From assembly GCA_017656345.1 (NCBI GenBank), contig JACDNZ010000012.1:2223-66222 (forward strand): 64,000 nucleotides of DNA, given 5' to 3'. The translations under genes were made by a program, and so were the position numbers. Positions within the stretch are counted from its first letter, which is position 1, and each line of letters begins with the position of its first letter. Origin of the DNA: Thermosipho sp. (in: thermotogales). GTDB taxonomy: Bacteria > Thermotogota > Thermotogae > Thermotogales > Fervidobacteriaceae. The notes below the pieces were generated by a model. The model ran no database searches. It saw nothing but the letters and a program-made list of their open reading frames with translations, and was not told where the DNA came from. Positions 56,917 through 64,000 of this stretch are shown here, in pieces.

Positions 56917-57316
56917 AGATTTAAAAATTGGTGATACCTATTCGAAAGAAACAATAGTAAAATCTGATGATGTGCTTAAATTTGCTGAAATTACAGGAGA
57001 CAAGAACCCTATTCATATAAATGAAGAATACGCCAAAAAATCTATTTTTGGTGGAAGAATTTCTCATGGTATTTTACTTTTAGGTTATCTTTCAGCCGTT
57101 CTTGGAATGGAATTCCCAGGTCCTGGTACAATCTATATGAAGCAAGAAGCTAAATTTTTAAAACCAGTGTATGTTGGAGAAAAAATAAAAATTTGTATAG
57201 AAGTCAAAGAAAAGAATGATGAGAAAAAGAGGGTAAAAGTTTCTACACAAATATTCAAAGAAAATGGTGAAATTGCAATTGATGGTGAAGCTCTTTTATC
57301 ACTAAAAAATCTATGA
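56906..57316 (+). CDS. MaoC-like (R)-specific enoyl-CoA hydratase/dehydratase
   Basis: About 136 aa hot-dog fold. GDKNPIH and SHG motifs. I moved the start to ATG 56906. It overlaps the kamA 3' end by 11 nt. Confidence 0.8.
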   Translation: MKYEDLKIGDTYSKETIVKSDDVLKFAEITGDKNPIHINEEYAKKSIFGGRISHGILLLGYLSAVLGMEFPGPGTIYMKQEAKFLKPVYVGEKIKICIEVKEKNDEKKRVKVSTQIFKENGEIAIDGEALLSLKNL

Positions 57317-58299
57317 TCGATAAACTTAAAAAATACAAGGTTATTTCAGTAGTTGGGCTTGAAAAAAATACTGGGAAAACTGAAACTCTTAACTATTTGC
57401 TAAAAAAATTATGTAGCAAATATGTTGTTGCTGTCACGTCTATTGGAGTTGATGGTGAAGAAAAGGACCAAATAACTTTTACAAATAAACCTAATATAAT
57501 TTTAGATCCAAATACTTTTTTTGTTACTACAGAAAATTTCTTCAAAAGAAAAACTTTTTTATCGGAAATTTATTACGTTTCAAAACGAAAAACTGCTACT
57601 GGAAGAGTTATAATTGCTAAATCTTTAAAAAGAGGCAAAATAATTCTTGCTGGTCCCTCTACAATGGAATGGTTAAAAAAAATAAATGAAAAATTATTTA
57701 ATCTCGGGGCCGAGAAAATTTTAATCGATGGTGCACTCTCAAGAATAAGTAGTGCTTCTCCTTTTATAAGTGAAGCCGTTGTACTTGCAACAGGCGCTTC
57801 TGTAAGTCTCGATATTAACAAAATCATATCAAAAACGCTGGATCTAGTGTATAAAATGAATCTGACAGTTACAAAGTTTTCTTACTTATTTGATAATAGT
57901 GAAAATGGTTTTTTTGGTTATAATGGAAAAAAATCTGAAAAAATTGCCAATAGTATCTTAAATTTCAATGACTTTGAAAAATTAAAAAGTTATGGAATTG
58001 TTTATACTTCAGGGGCTTTGACAAAATCCTTTTTATCAAAATTAATAAATAATAAAATAAAACTAGAACTAATTGTCAAAGATTTCTCAAAAATATTCGT
58101 TTCAAAAGATGATATTAGATTATTTGAAACACTTGGTGGTAAGATTACTGTGCTGAAAAAACCAAATTTATGCTTAATTACAGTGAATCCTTTATCTCCA
58201 TATGGTTATAAAATTGATGATGAATACTTAATTTCAAAAATTTCTGAACAAGTTGACATTCCAGTAATAAACATTAGGAAGGTTGATCAAAATGTATGA
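57313..58299 (+). CDS. P-loop NTPase, putative aminomutase reactivase subunit (KamB-like, tentative)
   Basis: 328 aa with N-terminal Walker A VVGLEKNTGKT. Translationally coupled on both sides within the kam cluster. Confidence 0.55.
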   Translation: MIDKLKKYKVISVVGLEKNTGKTETLNYLLKKLCSKYVVAVTSIGVDGEEKDQITFTNKPNIILDPNTFFVTTENFFKRKTFLSEIYYVSKRKTATGRVIIAKSLKRGKIILAGPSTMEWLKKINEKLFNLGAEKILIDGALSRISSASPFISEAVVLATGASVSLDINKIISKTLDLVYKMNLTVTKFSYLFDNSENGFFGYNGKKSEKIANSILNFNDFEKLKSYGIVYTSGALTKSFLSKLINNKIKLELIVKDFSKIFVSKDDIRLFETLGGKITVLKKPNLCLITVNPLSPYGYKIDDEYLISKISEQVDIPVINIRKVDQNV

Positions 58300-59653
58300 A
58301 AATTTCGGGTTTGATTTTGTTTTCAAAAATCTCAATTTTTCTTCTCCTATTGGGGAAAAATTTGCTCAAAACTACTTTGAAAGTTTAATTACTAATCAAA
58401 AGGAACTTTTAAAAAATTTCAATGCTATTGAAAAAATAAACCTATTAAATCCAAATGAATTAGAAAAAATAAAACTCACTTTATCCCATATTCCCAATAT
58501 TGAAAACATTATCAATAAAATTAAATTTTTAGAAATATTGGATGAAATTGATTTATTTGAAATAAAACTTTTTTCAATTTTTTCCCAAGAATTGCTCGAA
58601 ATGCTAAAAAATACTTCAATAATCGATATATTTAATCTCAAAGATCTAACTAATGCTATACAATTACTTGATCCGAACGATGAAAAAGTCCCAACTTTTT
58701 ATATATACGATAGCTACTCACCGGAACTAAAAAAAATAAGGGAGCAAAAATATAACTGTAAAGATGAAGATTTGTACTTAAAACTATCTTTAAAAGAAAA
58801 AGAAATAGAACATGAAATTTGCAAATATTTAACTCAAAAATTAACCGATTATGTTGAAAATTTAGAGCATAATTCCTACACTATTGGTTTTTTAGATTTA
58901 ACAATTGCAAAAGCTGAATTTGCAAAACTATATAATTTATCCAAACCAAAAATAAATAAAGATTTCTATATTGAACACAAACAACTATTTAATCCCGAAA
59001 TCGAAGAAGATTTAAAGAAAAAAAATAAAAAATTCCAGAGAATAGACATAAAATTAAACAACGGAACCCAAGTGATAACAGGAGCAAATATGGGTGGTAA
59101 AACAGTACTCTTAAAAACAATTGCTTTATCACAATTGATGTTTCAACTGGGGTTTTTTGTCCCTTCTGAAAATTCAAACCTTCCACTGTTTGACGAAATT
59201 TATTTTGTTTCTGGTGATTATCAAGATATTAAATTAGGACTATCTTCTTTTGCATCTGAAATGATAATAATAAACAACTTGTACAAAAAATTCAAACGCA
59301 ACAAAAAGTTACTTATTCTTCTTGATGAACCCGCTAGAACAACAAATCCTGGAGAAGGAAAAGCAATAGTAAAGGCTTTAGTTAAATTATTCAACAAGAA
59401 TAACGCCATTACAGTTATAACAACTCATTATGACAATATACTTTGTGACAAAATAAGACATTTACGAATTAAAGGACTGAAAGATGTTGAGAAAATAGAA
59501 AAGGTAGAAAGCTTCCAGGATTATTTCGATTATTCTTTAGAAGAAATAAAAGATTCTGCTGTACCAAAGGAAGCAATAAAAATACTTAAACTTCTCAAAC
59601 TTGACAATGAAATAATAACCATGGCAGAGGAGGTATACAATAATGAAAAGTAA
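58292..59653 (+). CDS. MutS-family ATPase (domain V only), putative aminomutase reactivase ATPase (KamC-like, tentative)
   Basis: GANMGGKTVLLKTIAL (Walker A), SSFASEM, LLILLDEPARTTNPGEG (Walker B), VITTHY. No mismatch-binding or Smr domains. Start taken at ATG 58292 (AGGAAGG SD); the track gives TTG 58283. Confidence 0.65.
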   Translation: MYENFGFDFVFKNLNFSSPIGEKFAQNYFESLITNQKELLKNFNAIEKINLLNPNELEKIKLTLSHIPNIENIINKIKFLEILDEIDLFEIKLFSIFSQELLEMLKNTSIIDIFNLKDLTNAIQLLDPNDEKVPTFYIYDSYSPELKKIREQKYNCKDEDLYLKLSLKEKEIEHEICKYLTQKLTDYVENLEHNSYTIGFLDLTIAKAEFAKLYNLSKPKINKDFYIEHKQLFNPEIEEDLKKKNKKFQRIDIKLNNGTQVITGANMGGKTVLLKTIALSQLMFQLGFFVPSENSNLPLFDEIYFVSGDYQDIKLGLSSFASEMIIINNLYKKFKRNKKLLILLDEPARTTNPGEGKAIVKALVKLFNKNNAITVITTHYDNILCDKIRHLRIKGLKDVEKIEKVESFQDYFDYSLEEIKDSAVPKEAIKILKLLKLDNEIITMAEEVYNNEK

Positions 59654-61205
59654 ATTAGGACTTGATTTTAAAAAAGTTGAATATGCTAGAACACTTGCCA
59701 AAAAAATAGCAAATGAAGTATACGAATTTGTTAAGCCACGTTCTACGACATCAATTGAAAGAACAATTTGTAGATTTCTCGGAATCGACGGAGTAAATAG
59801 TGAAGGGGTTCCTTTACCAAATGTTGTGGTTAATCATTTAAAAGAAAAAGGAATACTTGAAAATGGAGCAGCTTATTTTATTGGTAATGCTATTATTGAG
59901 ACAAATCTTTCTCCCCAGGAAATAGCAGAAAAAATTGCAAATAAAAAATTAGATCTATCAAAATTAAAAATGAATTCTGTTGACAAAATTAGAGATGTTC
60001 TTAAACCATTTGTTGAAAAAACTATAAAAAGGATAAAAGGAAATAAACTTAAAAGAGAAAAAATGATTAGTGAAATAGGTGAAGGCAAACAACCATATCT
60101 TTATGTCATAGTAGCAACAGGAAACATATATGAAGATGTTGTTCAAGCCCAAGCCGCTGCACGTCAAGGAGCAGACATAATTGCTGTAATTAGATCAACA
60201 GCACAAAGTCTTCTTGATTACGTTCCATATGGACCTACCACCGAAGGATTTGGTGGAACATATGCAACTCAAGAAAACTTCAGAATAATGAGAAAAGCAC
60301 TCGATGAGGTTTCGTACGAAGTTGGAAGATACATCAGACAAGTAAATTATGCTTCTGGACTATGCATGCCCGAAATAGCAGCGATGGGAGCTCTCGAAAG
60401 ATTAGATGTTATGCTAAATGATGCGTTGTATGGTATTTTGTTTAGAGATATCAATATGCAAAGAACCATGATTGATCAATTTTTCTCAAGAGTAATTAAT
60501 GGATTCGCAGGAATTATTATCAACACTGGTGAAGATAATTATCTCACCACTGCTGATGCCTACGAAGAAGCTCATACAGTCCTTTCATCTCAATTTATAA
60601 ATGAACAACTTGCTTTACTCGCTGGAATTCCTGAAGAACAAATGGGACTTGGACATGCATTTGAAATGAATCCAGATATTGAAAATGGTTTTCTATATGA
60701 ATTAGCTCAAGCACAAATGGCAAGAGAAATATTCCCGAAAGCTCCATTAAAATACATGCCACCAACTAAATACATGACTGGAAATATATTCAAAGGGCTT
60801 GTTCAAGATGCAATGTTTAATGTTATCTCTATCTGGACAAAACAAGGAATACAACTTCTTGGAATGTTAACCGAAGCTATTCATACACCCTTTATGTCGG
60901 ATAGATATCTTGCAATTGAAACTGCAAAATACATTTTCAACAACATGAGAAATATTGGAGATGAAATTATTTTCAAAGAAAATGGTATCATTCAAAATAG
61001 AGCTAAACAAGTTTTAAATGAAGCCATTGAACTTCTTGAAACGATAGCTAATGATGGATTATTTAAATCTCTTGAAAGGGGTGTATTTGCCAATATAAAA
61101 CGTTCATTTAAAGGTGGAAAAGGTTTAGATGGTGTATTCACAAAAGGAAAATATTATTTCAATCCATTTGAAGAAAAAATGCTCGAAGGTGGTGTGCAAC
61201 AATGA
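59643..61205 (+). CDS. kamD: Lysine 5,6-aminomutase alpha subunit
   Basis: 520 aa, the right size for KamD. Immediately upstream of, and overlapping (ATGA), the B12-binding subunit gene. GGAGG SD. Confidence 0.8.
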   Translation: MKSKLGLDFKKVEYARTLAKKIANEVYEFVKPRSTTSIERTICRFLGIDGVNSEGVPLPNVVVNHLKEKGILENGAAYFIGNAIIETNLSPQEIAEKIANKKLDLSKLKMNSVDKIRDVLKPFVEKTIKRIKGNKLKREKMISEIGEGKQPYLYVIVATGNIYEDVVQAQAAARQGADIIAVIRSTAQSLLDYVPYGPTTEGFGGTYATQENFRIMRKALDEVSYEVGRYIRQVNYASGLCMPEIAAMGALERLDVMLNDALYGILFRDINMQRTMIDQFFSRVINGFAGIIINTGEDNYLTTADAYEEAHTVLSSQFINEQLALLAGIPEEQMGLGHAFEMNPDIENGFLYELAQAQMAREIFPKAPLKYMPPTKYMTGNIFKGLVQDAMFNVISIWTKQGIQLLGMLTEAIHTPFMSDRYLAIETAKYIFNNMRNIGDEIIFKENGIIQNRAKQVLNEAIELLETIANDGLFKSLERGVFANIKRSFKGGKGLDGVFTKGKYYFNPFEEKMLEGGVQQ

Positions 61206-61984
61206 GTGGTTACAATCTTGAAAAAAAGAATATTGATAAAACATTAAACCTTAAAGCAATTAAACCCTACGGTGACACAATTAATGATGGAAAAGTCCAG
61301 GTAAGTTTTACATTACCGGTACCATACTGCGATGAAGCAATTGAAGCAGCAAAAATCTTAATGAAAAAAATGGGCCTTGATAATCCACATATAGTTTTTT
61401 CAAAAGAGCTAACAAAAGGATTTACGTTTTTTATTGGATATGGAGATTGTATACATACTGTCAATTTTGAAAATATTCATGTCCCAAAAGTACATGTTGA
61501 GAAAATGACAATGGAAGAAATCGATTCATTAATAAAAGAAAAAATTGGAAGAAAAATCACCATAGTTGGAGCAACAATTGGAACTGATGCACATACAGTT
61601 GGTCTTGATGCAATCTTAAATATGAAAGGGTTTGCTGGTCATTATGGACTTGAAAGATATGAAATGTTTGAAGTATACAACATGGGAAGTCAGGTACCCA
61701 TAGAAGATTTTGTTAAAAAGGCTATTGAGGTAAACGCTGATGCACTTCTTGTCTCTCAAACTGTTACACAAAAGAACATACACATAAAACATCTAACAGA
61801 ACTAGTAGAACTGCTAGAAGCAGAAGGAATTAGAGAAAATGTTATATTAATTGTAGGTGGTCCAAGAATAACTCATGAGCTTGCTAAGGAACTTGGCTAT
61901 GATGCAGGTTTCGGGCCAAATACATTTGCAGAAGATGTTGGAGCGTTTATTGTGCAAGAATTATTAAGGAGGAATTCAAGATAA
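61202..61984 (+). CDS. kamE: Lysine 5,6-aminomutase beta subunit (B12-binding)
   Basis: 260 aa. Cobalamin DxHxxG motif (TDAHTVGLD) in a Rossmann-like C-terminal domain (VSQTV..., IVGGP). Confidence 0.85.
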   Translation: MSGYNLEKKNIDKTLNLKAIKPYGDTINDGKVQVSFTLPVPYCDEAIEAAKILMKKMGLDNPHIVFSKELTKGFTFFIGYGDCIHTVNFENIHVPKVHVEKMTMEEIDSLIKEKIGRKITIVGATIGTDAHTVGLDAILNMKGFAGHYGLERYEMFEVYNMGSQVPIEDFVKKAIEVNADALLVSQTVTQKNIHIKHLTELVELLEAEGIRENVILIVGGPRITHELAKELGYDAGFGPNTFAEDVGAFIVQELLRRNSR

Positions 61985-62301
61985 AAAAAGTTATTATTAT
62001 TGTTTTAATTACATTTTCTATTGGAATACTTTTTTCCTCAACTTTACCATACGACAAGTATTTACATTTAAATGTAAGTTTAATAATAAATTCAACCCTT
62101 TCCCCAATACTTGGGGAGTATTCTAATTTTTTCACTTTCTCAATTGGCTTAGCAAAAGAGCTTTACGATTTCATCTCAAAAAAAGGCTCTTGCGAATTTG
62201 GAGATCTCCTTGCAGACCTATACGGTCTTCTTTTAATAGAATCCTTTAAATTAAACTTTAATAACTCTAAATTTGCACTAGCTTTTTGCCTTATTTTTTA
62301 A
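61981..62301 (+). CDS. Unlisted 106-codon ORF, small membrane protein; probable ATA start
   Basis: Not in the ORF track because it has no ATG/GTG/TTG. The frame is stop-free and reads IKKVIIIVLITFSIGILFSSTLPYDKYLHLN...GLAKELYDFISKKGSCEFGDLLADLYGLLL...CLIF*. GGAGG (61968-61972) lies 8 nt before ATA 61981. The N-terminal stretch is hydrophobic. Confidence 0.5.
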   Translation: MKKVIIIVLITFSIGILFSSTLPYDKYLHLNVSLIINSTLSPILGEYSNFFTFSIGLAKELYDFISKKGSCEFGDLLADLYGLLLIESFKLNFNNSKFALAFCLIF

Positions 62302-62905
62302 GTTCAACTAAATCAATCAATGCTATACTATCAACATATTCATCTTCTACATCTCCAACTTCGAAACATAATTTTATGTTTTGCCCTTTAAATGCTGAAA
62401 TATCATAGGTAAATAATTGCCAATCGGCAGTTCTATAATATTCATTATTACTTGCATCCGTTGCAGCCATCATCGTATAATCATTAAAGAAATCATCTAC
62501 AGCTTTATCAAAAATCACATGCTCGTTGTTAGCTGAATCAATTATTGAAATTTTGAAATAATCTTGATATACATCACCACTTGCTTCATATGTAATAAAT
62601 TGCCAATATAATGAGAGCAATGAAGTTAAAATAGGTACATTAACTGTTTTGTAAATCCTCGCAAAAGTCGCAGGATCTTCAGGTCCAGTGGATAATAATG
62701 CCATATAATCTCCTTGATAAGGAGTCACATCCAAAAATGTGGTTGTTGCCATAGTTGTTCCTGTAGCTGTCCAGGTATCCAGCATACCCGTTTCAAAATC
62801 ATCAATTAACAAATAAAACAAACTAAAACTCGGCAAACAGGAAGTAATTACAAAAAACAATAAAATAGAGATTCCTACTAAAATAGCTGTAACTTTTTTC
62901 TTCAT
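62291..62905 (-). CDS. Secreted or anchored protein of unknown function (jelly-roll-like, acidic)
   Basis: About 204 aa. N-terminal signal/lipoprotein-like MKKKVTAILVGISILLFFVITSC. I moved the start to ATG 62905 (GGGGGTGG SD). I do not recognise a family. Confidence 0.6.
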   Translation of the reverse strand: MKKKVTAILVGISILLFFVITSCLPSFSLFYLLIDDFETGMLDTWTATGTTMATTTFLDVTPYQGDYMALLSTGPEDPATFARIYKTVNVPILTSLLSLYWQFITYEASGDVYQDYFKISIIDSANNEHVIFDKAVDDFFNDYTMMAATDASNNEYYRTADWQLFTYDISAFKGQNIKLCFEVGDVEDEYVDSIALIDLVELKK

Positions 62906-63194
62906 AATACCACCCCCATCTAATAAAATCATCTTTCCACAAAGGATTTTTTTCATTGCTTATTTTAATACTTTGAAATGAAGTTTCATTTGGTATAAGA
63001 AAACTTTCTTAATTTCATTTTGTTAACCTTAAATAATTATATCAAATTTTTTCATATAAAATCAATTTTTTATATTAAATTAAAATTAGATAAAAATCAG
63101 AAAGCAAAAGTTGCTTCATAATTATTGAAAACAAAACATGAAGGAAAATTCCAAGGGGGGAAATAGCAAAATGTTACGGAAGAGTTTTTTAATA

Positions 63195-64000
63195 TTATCC
63201 TATCTTCTTTAAAAATCTAAATTGTATAATAAAAACTATCAAAGTTAATATTATACCCATTATTCCTAATCCTTGTATGCTTTTGAAAAAATCCAAAAAT
63301 AACCCACCAATTAAAGGACCAAATCCAAATAATAATCCTATTGTTGCTTCATGCAATCCTCCCTGTTTTCCCTGATCATTTTCCTGGGAACTAAGACCAT
63401 AAAATATAGCAAAAGTATATGGTATTGCATAACAAAGTCCTCCAAGAAACGACAACAGAATAAAAATAACTGACGACATTTTTAAAAACATTAAGATAGA
63501 AGTTATCGGAAGAACCATCAAAAAAAGTAGAGATACTTTTGGATTTCCAGCCCAAATGCTAAACTTTCCCAAAATCAAAAATACAAAGAATACAGACAGA
63601 TTGGCAAAGACAATTATAAATCCCGTAATACTTAATGAAATTCCCGCGGAACTTATAACTTTTGGGAACAAAGATAAAATAGATGTATATAAAAGGCCTG
63701 AAAAAAATAACGTCAATCTATATGTTCTTCTATATATTTTAATATTTGGAAAATCAATCTTTATACTTCTTAAAATAAGTTTTTCTGAAGGTTTAAAATT
63801 AATCCCATCTCTAAATTTAATATAATCTTTCCAGATTATATAGCTTGCAATTAAATTTAGAATTAGACCATACCAAAAAATCATTTGAGGTACTTTTACA
63901 GTAAGAAAAGGGCCAAAAGCCATACCCAAAATATTGCCTAAACTCCAGGACAAATTGAACCTCATAGTAATTTTTGAATGATCAACTCCCAGGGCATTTT
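63195..64000 (-). CDS. MFS-type transporter, C-terminal part (reading frame stays open to the right edge)
   Basis: 6+ TM helices. The frame upstream of the track's ATG 63965 has no stop up to position 64000 (..NALGVDHSKITMRFN..), so the gene probably starts beyond the window. Confidence 0.65.
   Translation of the reverse strand, partial: NALGVDHSKITMRFNLSWSLGNILGMAFGPFLTVKVPQMIFWYGLILNLIASYIIWKDYIKFRDGINFKPSEKLILRSIKIDFPNIKIYRRTYRLTLFFSGLLYTSILSLFPKVISSAGISLSITGFIIVFANLSVFFVFLILGKFSIWAGNPKVSLLFLMVLPITSILMFLKMSSVIFILLSFLGGLCYAIPYTFAIFYGLSSQENDQGKQGGLHEATIGLLFGFGPLIGGLFLDFFKSIQGLGIMGIILTLIVFIIQFRFLKKIG

Noticed and set aside
58292-59653. MutS-like ATPase as a mismatch-repair (MutS/MutS2) or defence-system component
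   Set aside because: It has no mismatch-binding, clamp-recognisable or Smr domains. It is translationally locked inside the kam operon, so the reactivase interpretation fits better.
62906-63194. Largest non-coding gap of the window (289 bp) examined for a small RNA, ORF or repeat
   Set aside because: I found only weak 5-7-bp hairpins (for example AAATGAA..TTCATTT and AAGCAA..TTGCTT) and a ~24-codon ORF without support. Nothing reaches a reportable standard without covariance or expression data.

Overview
The window is gene-dense and AT-rich (about 30% GC by eye) and reads as Thermotogota-type chromosome. Lineage markers are an adjacent SLH/coiled-coil Omp-alpha-like gene and an OmpB-like beta-barrel gene (toga proteins), a MarR-linked TM287/288-style heterodimeric ABC exporter, strong GGAGG Shine-Dalgarno sites and many overlapping gene junctions. 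About 60 CDS lie in seven strand blocks. I found no rRNA, tRNA, CRISPR array, IS element or prophage. Most genes are housekeeping: thiI, plsC, lpd, pepF, ppdK, glmU, prs, rplY/ctc, pth, uvrA, a xer-type recombinase, eno, tyrS, secG, crcB, rdgB, rlmH and prmA. The most coherent accessory block is a nine-gene lysine fermentation operon (53.4-62.0 kb): kal-kce-kdd-kamA-maoC-[P-loop protein]-[MutS-fold ATPase]-kamD-kamE. The two uncharacterised ATPases are the likely ATP-dependent reactivase of the B12 aminomutase. Other points worth a second look: (1) pth has no canonical start codon upstream of its catalytic motif (SD + ATA instead). (2) pth also carries a perfect 13-bp terminator-like hairpin in its 5' coding region. 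(3) A 106-codon ORF absent from the ORF track lies after kamE and has the same SD + ATA arrangement. (4) The OmpB-like porin is arginine-free and has two DxDxDG loops. (5) An anchored 4xFN3 + beta-propeller surface protein is coupled to an ABC exporter whose catalytic Glu is replaced by Asp. (6) An RNase H1 domain is fused to an unknown N-terminal domain. (7) A fused MalF-MalG permease sits next to a degenerate APS-kinase homologue. (8) A DtxR-family regulator lacks the metal ligands. All family assignments come from motif reading and memory; no searches were run.
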